A DNA stretch of 64,000 nt from Fimbriimonadales bacterium. GTDB taxonomy: Bacteria > Armatimonadota > Fimbriimonadia > Fimbriimonadales > ATM1. This document shows positions 41,392 through 51,140 of the stretch, one piece after another (within the stretch, counting starts at the first letter, position 1; every line of letters starts with the position of its first letter). Under the pieces are notes generated by a model. It was not told the DNA's origin and made no database searches. It was given only the letters and a program-made list of their open reading frames with translations. The DNA is taken from the NCBI GenBank assembly GCA_041744215.1, contig JBGTLG010000039.1, positions 1 through 64,000 on the forward strand. The letters are read 5' to 3'. Position numbers and translations under genes: made by a program.

Positions 41392-42291
41392 TTAGTTCTT
41401 TACGCGGGTCATCTTTATGGTGGTTGTTCCGTTGATGTCCGCTTGGAACATGCCTCCATCAATCTTTTGCTTTGACTTCTGAAGCGTCTCGTGCTTCACG
41501 ATTCGCCCAGTGCCTTGCTCAACCCACACTGTCGCACTAGTTTCCATCGCGCCGGTGATCTTCATGTCCGCCATCATGCCGGCCATGTCGTTCCCGCCGC
41601 CCCCTTGGGCTTCCATCATGCGAGCCATGTCGATGTTCATGGGTGTACTAGCCTTGATCGCGACGACATAGATCAAGACCCCGTCGACATCACGCTGGCT
41701 AACGAGTTGAGCGTTCATCTTCTGATCTGGAGTGCCCGTCATAGCGTTGGCAGGAACGGGGATGTCCCAAGAGTCACCAATGTTTAGGGGTGCCTCGGGG
41801 AATCTGAGGCTTGGAAACATGGTCCCCGCACCGCTCGCGCCGCCGCCGAGCATCATCATCATGCCGCCCATCATCCCGCCGCGGCCGCCGGTCGCTGGCG
41901 CCGCCATCGCGCCGGTAATCTCGCCAAACTTGTTCATCTTGCCCTTGAAAGAGAACTCTTTCGGCATCTGGCTGTCCACGTCCCCCATCATTCCGCCGAT
42001 TGAGCCGAAGTCGTACTTGAGGTCGGTACCGGTGATGTCGACATCAGCTTCCTGCTTCTCTTCGTCCACCTTGCCGACCTTCATGGCGACTTTTGCTGTA
42101 GTAATGACGTCAATTGGAAACTCTTGCCCCATCATGTCCGAGTACATGATCTGACTAGACTTGATTTCGACCAGATAGGTGTCCAGATCCCCTTCTACCA
42201 GTTGGCGACGCAATGTGATGCCGCCCTGCGTGAAACTCGTCGCGGCGAACATGGCTGCTCCCGCGATTACTGCGATTTTGTAGATCTTCAT
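41392..42291 (-). CDS. Exported Met/Gly-rich hypothetical protein
   Basis: Signal MKIYKIAVIAGAAMF; ATGA overlap with upstream stop; GGMMGGMMMMLGG; PLNIGDSW. Confidence 0.8.
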   Translation of the reverse strand: MKIYKIAVIAGAAMFAATSFTQGGITLRRQLVEGDLDTYLVEIKSSQIMYSDMMGQEFPIDVITTAKVAMKVGKVDEEKQEADVDITGTDLKYDFGSIGGMMGDVDSQMPKEFSFKGKMNKFGEITGAMAAPATGGRGGMMGGMMMMLGGGASGAGTMFPSLRFPEAPLNIGDSWDIPVPANAMTGTPDQKMNAQLVSQRDVDGVLIYVVAIKASTPMNIDMARMMEAQGGGGNDMAGMMADMKITGAMETSATVWVEQGTGRIVKHETLQKSKQKIDGGMFQADINGTTTIKMTRVKN

Positions 42292-43082
42292 AGACTTTTC
42301 GACCCCTTGTGTTCGATTTTGAATAGCGTCCGCAGGCGACGTTGCCCTACCGGATCGCCAGGCTTTACATTGTAGACGCTCGAGACGGCCTCCGCGTTTA
42401 CCTCGGCGCGCACAATCCAACCTTTGGGACCTTTGAACCAGACAGTCCCATCCCCGGTAACCTTGGTCCTGACGATCTGGGCCACATCCTTAGCCTCGAG
42501 CGTCGGGTTATTGTTCTCATCTTCTTTGGTCTCATAGTCCTGCCTGAGCGTGAGCCTGAACCGGTGGCCGGTCTCATCCTCGCCGTCATACTTAGCATCG
42601 TAAAACACTGTCGAGTCGCCAAATCGACGAGAGTATGACCACGTGTCTCCGACCTCTACCGGTTCGGCGGGCAACTCAAGCAACATGAATGTTATGTCAG
42701 GGATATGCTGTAGGTCCAAGCCAGGCAAGCGTACGGGCAACTCCGTTTTCGGCATGCTGGTCGCAGAGATCCTCCCGCTGGGATCAAACTTGATCGTCGA
42801 GGTTGGGAACAGGTCCTTTGCGCTTTGCTCGTTGAAGGGCAGAGCCACCCACTCGCCAGTCTCAAGGTTGCTCAAGTACGCCGATAGAGTGCGCAGGCTC
42901 GTGGTGGCTTCCCCTGCCCCCTTCGGCTCGACCGAGAGGCTGATGTCCACCTTCGCCTTTTGCTCAAACCCTCCAAGGAAGGGCAGGTATCCGTCGTAGA
43001 GAAGGGTCAGGTCATATTGCGAGGCCCCATTCGGCAAGCCATAGGTGAAAACCGTCAGGCACAGAACGTTGAGAATCATCAT
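42288..43082 (-). CDS. Exported hypothetical protein
   Basis: Coupled to both neighbours; LPAEPVEVGDTW. Confidence 0.75.
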   Translation of the reverse strand: MMILNVLCLTVFTYGLPNGASQYDLTLLYDGYLPFLGGFEQKAKVDISLSVEPKGAGEATTSLRTLSAYLSNLETGEWVALPFNEQSAKDLFPTSTIKFDPSGRISATSMPKTELPVRLPGLDLQHIPDITFMLLELPAEPVEVGDTWSYSRRFGDSTVFYDAKYDGEDETGHRFRLTLRQDYETKEDENNNPTLEAKDVAQIVRTKVTGDGTVWFKGPKGWIVRAEVNAEAVSSVYNVKPGDPVGQRRLRTLFKIEHKGSKSL

Positions 43083-44185
43083 CCTGCTTGTTTGACGCTT
43101 TGAGGAGCAGGGGTGGTCTGCGAAACTGCCGGCCTGCCCGCGGCCGCGCGGACTCGCGCAATTGCATCGTCTGTCAATGCTCTCTCGAAGCTGCGGAATC
43201 CGGCGAGGCGAAATCCATGCTCGGCCGCAAGGGCGCGCATGGTCTCAACCTGGTCGACCGAGACGTCCTTCCCTACTGTAAAGGGCTCGGCTCGGTTTTC
43301 AAGTGCCAAAATCATCGTCTCGCTCATGCAGGCGTACGCGGTACGTGCAGGGAACCCGAAGCTGAAACCGAAGTCCGGGTCTCCCGGGACCTCCACAACC
43401 CCTCCCTCAAGCACCAGCACGTCCGGGCGTTCTTCGGAAACTCTGACGCTCACATCCCTGGGGCGCGCGACATCACAGACCACCGCACCGGACTTCAAAT
43501 GTTCTGGCTGAATCACGGCGGATTCGCTACTCGTTACCGTCACGATTACGTCTGCATCTCGGATCGATTCTACATCGGTCGTCCCGACGCAGCCGCGACC
43601 GATCGAAGCAGCAATCTCCTGGGTTCGGGCGAGGTCTCTTCCAATCAGCAAGGTTTTACGGAAACTCGGTGCCATCACGACGGCGCAGGTGCGGCCGATC
43701 GAGCCCGTCGCGCCAACCACAGCAAGAGTCGAGTCGGCTGGCACGATGTCCATGAGTCGCGCTCCCTCCATCGCTCCCTCAATCGCGGAGGCAACCGTAT
43801 AGCTGTTCCCTGTCGTCACCGGGATTGGGCTGCGTTTCGCTATTGTGACGCCGCCATCACCCACTACTGCCGTAAAAGCACCGAGGCCTATGAGTTTCGC
43901 TCCTCTTGAAGCAGCTAACTCGCAACATTCCAGAATCTTGCTGTAGACCTCCTCTAACGGAAGCTCCAGCATCATGGTCGGAGTGAGCGGGCAGCCGATA
44001 AACCAGCCCTCCGTCCTCGCTCCGGTCGCAGACACGATCCCCGTGGCGTGCCCGAGCATCATCGGCTTCTTTCGCTTGAGGAACCACTCAATCATCGACA
44101 GCGGCAGATACCGCGCAATCGGGTACTTCCGGGCCACATCGCGGCGAGCGTCAATGGGATGAACGATGAAAGCAAAAGGCGTCAT
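43079..44185 (-). CDS. Acyl-ACP reductase-like NAD(P)-binding oxidoreductase
   Basis: FAFIVHP, GLGAFT, TTGNSYT, VVGATGSIG, DVARPRD, ACMSETMILALE. Confidence 0.75.
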   Translation of the reverse strand: MTPFAFIVHPIDARRDVARKYPIARYLPLSMIEWFLKRKKPMMLGHATGIVSATGARTEGWFIGCPLTPTMMLELPLEEVYSKILECCELAASRGAKLIGLGAFTAVVGDGGVTIAKRSPIPVTTGNSYTVASAIEGAMEGARLMDIVPADSTLAVVGATGSIGRTCAVVMAPSFRKTLLIGRDLARTQEIAASIGRGCVGTTDVESIRDADVIVTVTSSESAVIQPEHLKSGAVVCDVARPRDVSVRVSEERPDVLVLEGGVVEVPGDPDFGFSFGFPARTAYACMSETMILALENRAEPFTVGKDVSVDQVETMRALAAEHGFRLAGFRSFERALTDDAIARVRAAAGRPAVSQTTPAPQSVKQAG

Positions 44186-44296
44186 AGTAGGCTTGCGAGA
44201 GCCGGATTATGGCCCATGCCTGGCCCTAGTCACCGGCAGAGCATTTAGGGGTACAAACTGGTTCCTCACACGTCTAATAGGTTGGATCGACACGAA

Positions 44297-44824
44297 ATGA
44301 CCACACTTCTCGCTACCCTCATCCTCTCGACCGGATTTGCGCCGGCCCAGGATCCAAACCCGCAGGTTTCCTTGACAATTCAGTCACGGGGAGAGATGGT
44401 CATTGAGCTTTTTCCGCAAGACGCGCCGAAAACTGTGGCCCAGTTTCTCAAACTGGTCAACAGTGGCTTCTACAACGGTGTTCTGTTTCACAGGGTTGAG
44501 AACTACCCCCGCCCGTTTATCGTGGTGACTGGTGATCCGTTGACCAAAACCCTTCCGCTGACCGACCCGCGAATTGGGACCGGGGGGAGCGGCAACACGC
44601 TTCTCTTCGAAAGCAACAAGCGCTCCTTTGCCAATGGAACCGTCGGGCTTGCTCGCGACCAGAAGGATAAGAACAGCGGAGACAGCCAGTTCTTCATCTG
44701 CAACGGCCCGCAGAAGTTTCTTGACGGCTCATACGTCGCGTTCGGGCAAGTCGTAAAGGGCATTGAGATTATCCCCAACATTGCGTTGGGTGATAAGGTT
44801 ACGTCGGTACGCCAAACTCGCTGA
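44297..44824 (+). CDS. Exported cyclophilin-type peptidylprolyl isomerase
   Basis: APKTV, FYNGVLFHRV, SQFFI, LDGSYVAFGQV. Confidence 0.92.
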   Translation: MTTLLATLILSTGFAPAQDPNPQVSLTIQSRGEMVIELFPQDAPKTVAQFLKLVNSGFYNGVLFHRVENYPRPFIVVTGDPLTKTLPLTDPRIGTGGSGNTLLFESNKRSFANGTVGLARDQKDKNSGDSQFFICNGPQKFLDGSYVAFGQVVKGIEIIPNIALGDKVTSVRQTR

Positions 44825-44879
44825 TCAAGGCACTGCCCGATGGGATGCGGCCCCGGCACCCAGGTACCCTTCGGATCAG

Positions 44880-46049
44880 ATGCACTACATTGACCCATTC
44901 GGAAAGGACGACCTTGTCACGCTTCGAGCCATCCGTGAAGATCATTGTGTCTCGCTCTACCTGCCAACCCACCGGAAAGGGTCAGAGGTTGCTCAAGATC
45001 CCATTCGGCTTAAGAACCTGATTGCGCGAGCTGAGGAAGTCCTCAAGACCAGGGGAGCACGCTGGGACGTCATCGAATCCATCCTAGGCGAAGCGAAACA
45101 GCTTCTCGACAAGGAGTTTTTTTGGCAGCACCAGGCAGACGGTCTAGCGATATTCGCAAAACCAGGCGAAACACGAGCGTTTCGAACCGGAGTCGGCTTT
45201 GGCGAGGCGGTGACAGTGAGCGGTCGCTTTGACTTAGCGCAGATGGTTCGACTTCTCGCTTCCGATGGCCGATTCTACGTGCTCGCCCTGGGGGAGCAAA
45301 TGGTCAAGCTGCTGGAGGGTACGCGATTCAGCGTCTCCGAGATAGCGTTGGACAATCTGCCCCAATCCATTGACGACGCCCTCAAACTGGATGATCCTCA
45401 AAAGCAACTGCAGTACCATACGGGCGCAGGCGCCAGCTCCGGCGGCGGTAGAGCGGCAATCTTTCACGGACACCGATTCGATGGATCCGAAAACAAAGAG
45501 AACCTGAAGAGATTCTTCAACATCGTCGACCGCGGGCTGGAGCCCCTGTTTAAGCATTACCCTGCGCCGGTCGTCTTGGCTGCGGTGGAGTACTACTTCC
45601 CACTTTACTTGGAGGTCGCGAACATTCCGGGACTCGTCGAGGGCGGTATCAAAGGCAACCCCGACGTCATGCGAGACGAAGAGCTGCACAAGGCGGCTTG
45701 GAGCATCGTGTACCCAGCGTTCAAGAAGTCGCAGGAGGATGCACTGGAGCGTTACGCTCAAGTTATCGGTACCGGCCAAACTACACAGGGCGTGGAGGGC
45801 ACCGCGATAGCGGCATATCAAGGAAGGGTGGACACACTGTTCGTCGACACTGAGCCAGACGTTTGGGGCGAAATCGACGAAACAACCCAATCGGTCAGCA
45901 TCCACGAGGTTGAAAACGCAGGCGATCTCGAACTCGTCAATGAGACGACTCTTGCTGTTCTGACAAGCGGTGGAAGGGTGTTTACGATGCCAAGCGCAGA
46001 GGTTCCAGGCAGTGGCCCGATGGCCGCGATCCTTCGCTACGCTGGCTGA
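44880..46049 (+). CDS. baeRF family (aeRF1/Pelota-like) protein
   Basis: CVSLYLPTH, DPIRLKNL, GLAIFA, FYVLAL, AAYQGRVDTL, AAILRY. Confidence 0.8.
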   Translation: MHYIDPFGKDDLVTLRAIREDHCVSLYLPTHRKGSEVAQDPIRLKNLIARAEEVLKTRGARWDVIESILGEAKQLLDKEFFWQHQADGLAIFAKPGETRAFRTGVGFGEAVTVSGRFDLAQMVRLLASDGRFYVLALGEQMVKLLEGTRFSVSEIALDNLPQSIDDALKLDDPQKQLQYHTGAGASSGGGRAAIFHGHRFDGSENKENLKRFFNIVDRGLEPLFKHYPAPVVLAAVEYYFPLYLEVANIPGLVEGGIKGNPDVMRDEELHKAAWSIVYPAFKKSQEDALERYAQVIGTGQTTQGVEGTAIAAYQGRVDTLFVDTEPDVWGEIDETTQSVSIHEVENAGDLELVNETTLAVLTSGGRVFTMPSAEVPGSGPMAAILRYAG

Positions 46050-46056
46050 GAGAGGG

Positions 46057-46131
46057 TGGAGCCTTCGACGGGAATTGAACCCGTGACCTCCTCTTTACCA
46101 AAGAGGTGCTCTACCCCTGAGCTACGAAGGC
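46057..46131 (-). tRNA. tRNA-Thr(GGT)
   Basis: GCCTTCGTAGCTCAGGGGTAGAGCACCTCTTTGGTAAAGAGGAGGTCACGGGTTCAATTCCCGTCGAAGGCTCCA. Confidence 0.95.
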
Positions 46132-46137
46132 GAGACT

Positions 46138-46223
46138 TGGTGGGGAGTGTAGGATTCGAACCTACGTAGGCATTCGCCGGCAGATTTACAGTCTGCTCCC
46201 ATTGGCCACTCGGGCAACTCCCC
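46138..46223 (-). tRNA. tRNA-Tyr(GTA)
   Basis: GGGGAGTTGCCCGAGTGGCC...GCAGACTGTAAATCTGC, long variable arm, GGTTCGAATCC, CCA end. Confidence 0.95.
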
Positions 46224-46281
46224 AAGCGGCGGTCAATGTACCCGAAATCGTCAGTATGAGGCCAAAAACTGCTGAGAGGAC

Positions 46282-46911
46282 ATGGCAACAACGGCGTCGA
46301 AACAATCGCATATGCTTTACACCACAGACGGGAGAACAAAGGTGGGACTCGTCGCATTGTCGTCTGCAGCGGTGGTGGTCGCAGGCTGGGTGGGGTACAG
46401 CCAGCTTACGCAAACCAACTCGGGTAGCGCGCGTCCGATGGAGTTTCAGGTGCATGTCGCTGGCGAGGTGCGGAGCCCTCAGGTTGTTTGGGTGAACTCC
46501 GAATCACTTGTCGTTGAGGCGGCCCAAAAGGCCGGAGGCGAGACTCGAAACGCCGACCTTGACCAATTGAACCTTGCAGCGAAGTTGATTCCAAACACGC
46601 AACTCTACGTACCTGCGATGGGAGAAGAAGCGGGGGACCTTTTGGGGCCCTACGGCGCGGGATTTGCGGCATCAAGGAACGCTCCAGTGTCTGCTTTCGG
46701 TTCACCGTCTGCCGGTGGACTAATCAACGTAAACACCGCCGACATCGCAACTCTGGATCAATTGCCCGGCGTCGGACCCGTGACCGCGCAGAGCATTATC
46801 GATTATCGCAATGTGAATGGACCCTTTAGGTCCGTCGAAGACCTGATAAACGTGAAGGGAATCGGCCCAAAGAAGATGGAGCAGCTACGGACTCGCGTGA
46901 CGGTGAACTGA
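46282..46911 (+). CDS. comEA: ComEA family DNA-binding protein (SLBB plus HhH)
   Basis: VHVAGEV, LNLAAKL, INVNTA, LPGVGP, VKGIG. Confidence 0.88.
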   Translation: MATTASKQSHMLYTTDGRTKVGLVALSSAAVVVAGWVGYSQLTQTNSGSARPMEFQVHVAGEVRSPQVVWVNSESLVVEAAQKAGGETRNADLDQLNLAAKLIPNTQLYVPAMGEEAGDLLGPYGAGFAASRNAPVSAFGSPSAGGLINVNTADIATLDQLPGVGPVTAQSIIDYRNVNGPFRSVEDLINVKGIGPKKMEQLRTRVTVN

Positions 46912-46918
46912 CGCGGCT

Positions 46919-47473
46919 CTAACCCGGCTTGAACTTAAGCAACTCGGCGGTCAGCGTTCCTCCGGGCATATCGTGCTCAATCCGTACCCACCCGACCCCT
47001 CTCGACAGCCAGTAACGGGAAGTCGTTACGATGTTGCCGATTTGAAGGCCGATTTCGGACACGATTGCATCGTAACGCCCAACAGGCAAGGTGAGACGCG
47101 CATCGCTCAGGCGGCGAACTTCCGCCCGCGCCGCGGAGGCCTCGCCAACGGATCCGTCCCAAGACCAGCTTCGAGTGCCTGACGACGAGAAGACGCATAG
47201 CGACGGCATGTAGGCGCCCATCGGCCCCGTTATCTTATGGATCGTAGTGTCCGAAACCAGGATCCTCTCCTCTCCGTAGACGACTTGCCCGCCGAGAGTT
47301 GCCTTAGATGAGATCCGAAGTTCGTGCCCGATGCCGGAAGGAGCCGACTGCTCGATCCTTTGCACAAGGGTGCCCTTGAAGGAGAGGGACTGGAGGTCGT
47401 ACGTCCACTCGACCCCGACAGTGACCGGGAACAGCGGTGCGAGTGATGCGGCGACCAGCTGAAGGACGTTCAC
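46919..47473 (-). CDS. Exported hypothetical protein
   Basis: FPVTVGVEWTY, LPVGRY, WLSRGVGWVR pattern. Confidence 0.65.
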   Translation of the reverse strand: MNVLQLVAASLAPLFPVTVGVEWTYDLQSLSFKGTLVQRIEQSAPSGIGHELRISSKATLGGQVVYGEERILVSDTTIHKITGPMGAYMPSLCVFSSSGTRSWSWDGSVGEASAARAEVRRLSDARLTLPVGRYDAIVSEIGLQIGNIVTTSRYWLSRGVGWVRIEHDMPGGTLTAELLKFKPG

Positions 47474-47568
47474 GAGTTAGATTATCGGTCTCAAATCCAC
47501 CGAACTGGCGAGAGCGGCCCGCAAGGGTCTGAGGAGCCCCTCTAACCGGCAACAGTGCTGGAAACGTT

Positions 47569-48723
47569 CTATTCCACGAGCGTCAGAGCCGTAAGCGTCC
47601 GCGTTGGCTCAAGTTCGTCTATCTCTCGCGCAATCTGGTTGTAGTGTGAATCGCGTTCAATCGGTTCGCGACCGGCCTCGAGAATCATCGCAATCATGTT
47701 TGACGGGGTCAAAGATTGAGACTTCTGGCCGAACTCACCCTCTTTGTATGTGATCTCATACTCAAGCACGGTTCCGTCTGCGTCGTCGGCGCCGTACCAC
47801 AGCGCCGCTTGCGTAACCGGAATCGTGTTCATGATCCAGAACGACTTGATGTGCTCAAAGTTGTCCAGCATCAGTCGCGAAACTGCGATGTTTCTGAGAT
47901 CGTCGTGCGCCGTGGGTGGCTGAATGTGCTCAAGCTCGGTTTTCTCAGGATGGAACGAAAGCGGAGTCATACACAAAAAGTGGCCGGTTTCGTCCTGAAG
48001 CTCGCGCAACTGGATTAAGTGATCGACCCGCTCTTCGTCGGTTTCGATGTGGCCGTAAAGCATGGTGGCGTACTGTCGCAGCCCAAGCTTGGCCGCAATG
48101 CGCGCGACTTCGAGCCACTCTTCGCCACGGAGCTTTCTTCCAAACAACTCTTCGTGCACCCGATCCGACAGAATCTCGATACCACCGCCAGGCAAACTAT
48201 CGAGACCCGCAGCCATCAATTCTCGCAACGCGCCTTCTATCGTGGTTTTGCCAACGCGTGCGATTTCGACGATCTCGACGGCGGTAAACGCTTTGACATG
48301 AATTCCCGGCCGCTCTTCTTTGATCGCTTTAATGAAGTCAATGTAGTAAGAGTAAGGCAGGCGCGGATTTATACCTCCCACGCTGTGGACTTCTGTGATT
48401 GGTACATGCTTGTATCGTCGGAGCGCGTGTCGCACTTCTTCAAGACTCATTTCATAAGGTGCCGGCCCACCCTTTTTGGCGTAGAAGGAGCAAAACTTGC
48501 AAAACTTGTTGCAGATGTTGGTGTAGTTGATATGCTGATTGCGAACGTAATAGGTTCGATCGCCGTGCTTGCGTTCCCGAACAATGTTGGCGAGTGCGCC
48601 AACTGCAGTCAGGTCAGGATGACGGTACAGGACGATGCCGTCTTCCCTGCTCAGCCGTCGGCCAGCTTGTACCTTCTCATGGATCGGAAGTAGTTCAATC
48701 GGCAGAGTGGCTTCAAGTTTCAT
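47569..48723 (-). CDS. mqnE: Aminofutalosine synthase (radical SAM, futalosine menaquinone pathway)
   Basis: CNKFCKFC, HVKAFTAVEI, ATMLYGHIE, LRELQDETG, HIKSFWIM. Confidence 0.85.
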   Translation of the reverse strand: MKLEATLPIELLPIHEKVQAGRRLSREDGIVLYRHPDLTAVGALANIVRERKHGDRTYYVRNQHINYTNICNKFCKFCSFYAKKGGPAPYEMSLEEVRHALRRYKHVPITEVHSVGGINPRLPYSYYIDFIKAIKEERPGIHVKAFTAVEIVEIARVGKTTIEGALRELMAAGLDSLPGGGIEILSDRVHEELFGRKLRGEEWLEVARIAAKLGLRQYATMLYGHIETDEERVDHLIQLRELQDETGHFLCMTPLSFHPEKTELEHIQPPTAHDDLRNIAVSRLMLDNFEHIKSFWIMNTIPVTQAALWYGADDADGTVLEYEITYKEGEFGQKSQSLTPSNMIAMILEAGREPIERDSHYNQIAREIDELEPTRTLTALTLVE

Positions 48724-48770
48724 TGAGAGTTCATGGCCATTATACGCCGCCCCAGCAGCCGGCAGGGATA

Positions 48771-49130
48771 CTACTTAGCAAACTCAACAATTCCGATAGG
48801 GTTACCGTCGGGATCAGCAAGAACGGCAGACCAGCCTACCGTCGGCACCTCGGCCTTTTGCTTCAAGATCGTGCCCCCGAGGGACTGAGCCTTCGCGAGG
48901 AGAGCGTCAACAGATTCGACGTCAAACCAGATGGATGGCGACGAGCCCGGCGATACCGTTTCCACCTGTTGCAATCCTCCGATATGCTTGTCACCGGTGC
49001 CGAAGACTACCATCGTGTCCATGAACTCCTTAAACTGCCATCCAAAGAGCCCTTCAAAAAACGATCGGGACCGGGCGATGTCCGTGACGTCAAATTCGAT
49101 GTGACAGATTTCGTGCATTGATCTTCTCAT
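48771..49130 (-). CDS. VOC/glyoxalase family protein
   Basis: HIEF, FFEGLFGW, DPDGNPIGI. Confidence 0.9.
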   Translation of the reverse strand: MRRSMHEICHIEFDVTDIARSRSFFEGLFGWQFKEFMDTMVVFGTGDKHIGGLQQVETVSPGSSPSIWFDVESVDALLAKAQSLGGTILKQKAEVPTVGWSAVLADPDGNPIGIVEFAK

Positions 49131-49221
49131 TGATTATGTTACGCGAGAGCTGATACCAACAATTTTGCCGATGTTGCAAAATTGAAGAGTGATGAGGAGG
49201 CACCTCGAGTTAGTCGATGCG

Positions 49222-50460
49222 CTACTTCCGAATGGGCGGAGGAGGAGGCGATTCCAACGCTAGTGCCGACTCGGACGGCTTCAGTGCGGTCGTCGGTTGC
49301 CAAAGCACAACTCGATGACCCTGCACTTCGGCCTTTTCCCCACCCAACATCGCTGGGCCCCCGGGCAAGTAGTACGCCGCCGCTTCAGTAACTGCGACGC
49401 CACCAATCGGCGAAACCCTCTGCACGTGTGCGCACAGGTCAATCACATGACTGTAGCTCACGTTTGCCGCATCGCCCTTTGCGGCCATGACCGTTCCTGC
49501 GTGGATTCCACAACGCAACAGGAAGTTTCCTCCGATTCGATTGCGAAACGCATTGAACTCGAGCATGCCGGCCTGCATTTTTCGCGCCGCGAGGAATGCC
49601 TGGTGAGGCTGATTGAAGGTGATAAGTATCCCGTCTCCTGCCGTACTGTGAATGGAGCCATCAAATTCAGAGGCAACAGAACGCACGAAGTTTGTGTACT
49701 CGGTGAACGTGTACTCGACAGCGAGCGGATCCGCGCCGTGCTTCATCGAAGTGCTGCCAACAACGTCAACGGAAAGAAACGTTACCGTTCTTTCCCCTTT
49801 CTTCAATTCTTCCTGAAGCTCGACAAGTTGCTTCAGTAGATATTCTCGCCGTTTCTGAGGGTCTGCCTGAAATCGGATCATTGTTATGCGGTCGCCAAAA
49901 CGACCTACTAGGAATCCGACGAGCGCACAACCAAGCGTCAACGGAATGAGCATCGTTCCATTGGCGGATCCAGGGGATCGAAACAGCCAGGAGAAAAACG
50001 CAAACCCCACTGATGCCGCAAGTCCGAATGCACCACCGGTGAGCGAACCCAAGTTGCTGTTCCGAGTGAGTGCCACGTTATAAACTGCGAGCGCAGCTAG
50101 AATCGTCATCGCGCTCACGCCCAGACCATATTGATCTCCATACACTCGTGCCAGCACGTTCACGAGCTGCATTTGAAGCCCGAGGAAGGCGCTTACGACG
50201 ATGCGCCGGGTGGCAAAGTCCATTTGTCGGAACTGTTGGACAAACCGACCCCACCGGGTTCTCCTTTTGGACTGCTCTAAATGGAGTTCTTCAAGCACAT
50301 GCTCAATTGCCTCGGGGGGAGCGAGCGTCTCCTCAGCAATCTCTCGGAGGGACTCCTGCAACTGCCGACTGACGGTGGCCTTGGCCTGGGTGACTGAGTC
50401 ATCCAGTCCCGAGTGAAGCTGCTCATCGCGCTCCAAGCCAGGCTCTTCGTGCTGTTCCAT
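49222..50460 (-). CDS. Membrane-anchored class III nucleotidyl cyclase-like protein
   Basis: About 4 TMs; FLSVDVVGST, TAGDG, RCGIHAG. Confidence 0.82.
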   Translation of the reverse strand: MEQHEEPGLERDEQLHSGLDDSVTQAKATVSRQLQESLREIAEETLAPPEAIEHVLEELHLEQSKRRTRWGRFVQQFRQMDFATRRIVVSAFLGLQMQLVNVLARVYGDQYGLGVSAMTILAALAVYNVALTRNSNLGSLTGGAFGLAASVGFAFFSWLFRSPGSANGTMLIPLTLGCALVGFLVGRFGDRITMIRFQADPQKRREYLLKQLVELQEELKKGERTVTFLSVDVVGSTSMKHGADPLAVEYTFTEYTNFVRSVASEFDGSIHSTAGDGILITFNQPHQAFLAARKMQAGMLEFNAFRNRIGGNFLLRCGIHAGTVMAAKGDAANVSYSHVIDLCAHVQRVSPIGGVAVTEAAAYYLPGGPAMLGGEKAEVQGHRVVLWQPTTALKPSESALALESPPPPPIRK

Positions 50461-50499
50461 CAGTAGACCTCATTCTACAGGAAGCGGTAGAATCCGCCT

Positions 50500-50730
50500 G
50501 TGGAGTTGACCGTGCGATTGTTCGCCGGGCTGAAGTCCCAGCACGGCACCTGCATCCTCCTAGAAGTTCCCGATCCTGTCTGTGTCGAAGGAGTGCGTTC
50601 TGCCCTCAAGGCGCGAGGGGTCTGGACGTCCGGCGCGAGGATTGCGCTCAACCACTCATTCTCCAACCTAGACGATACGGTCAATCCTGGTGATGAAGTT
50701 GCAGTGATTCCTCCGGTGAGCGGTGGATGA
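50500..50730 (+). CDS. moaD: Molybdopterin synthase sulfur carrier
   Basis: VRLFA...GDEVAVIPPVSGG. Confidence 0.93.
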   Translation: MELTVRLFAGLKSQHGTCILLEVPDPVCVEGVRSALKARGVWTSGARIALNHSFSNLDDTVNPGDEVAVIPPVSGG

Positions 50731-51140
50731 TCGGCCTTACCAAGGACCCGATCGACCCGGAGACGATTCGGAGGGCTGTGGAATCTGACGAGTTGGGCGG
50801 ACTGTGCATCTTCGTCGGGGAAGTTCGGTCTCTTACGTCGGGGCGCGAAACATCTCACCTCTTCTACGAAGCTTACGAGCCCATGGCCACAGGGAAAATG
50901 AGGGAGATCGCGGCTGAGGCTTCCGTGAAATGGTCTGGAAAGTTCGCGCTGGTGCACCGTGTAGGAGAGCTCAAGCCTGGAGATATCGCCGTCGTGACTG
51001 CCGCAGCCTGCCCGCACCGAAACGAGTCCTTTGAGGCGTGCAGGTTTCTCATTGAGCGGGTGAAGGCCGACGTGCCAATTTGGAAAAAGGAGTTTGGGCC
51101 GGACGGAGAGTCTTGGGTCGAAGGTGAAACAGCGAGTTGA
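50727..51140 (+). CDS. moaE: Molybdopterin synthase catalytic subunit
   Basis: YEAYEPMA, HRVGEL, PHR, VPIWKKE. Confidence 0.95.
   Translation: MIGLTKDPIDPETIRRAVESDELGGLCIFVGEVRSLTSGRETSHLFYEAYEPMATGKMREIAAEASVKWSGKFALVHRVGELKPGDIAVVTAAACPHRNESFEACRFLIERVKADVPIWKKEFGPDGESWVEGETAS

Noticed and set aside
47495-47565. SAM-I riboswitch-like fragments (AGAG...GGCAAC...GTGCT) beside mqnE
   Set aside because: P1 and pseudoknot consensus are missing, and it lies on the strand opposite both flanking genes, downstream of mqnE
48720-48734. 4-codon uORF MNSQ* overlapping the mqnE start
   Set aside because: Its ATG is only 4 nt from TATAAT, so it probably lies upstream of the TSS
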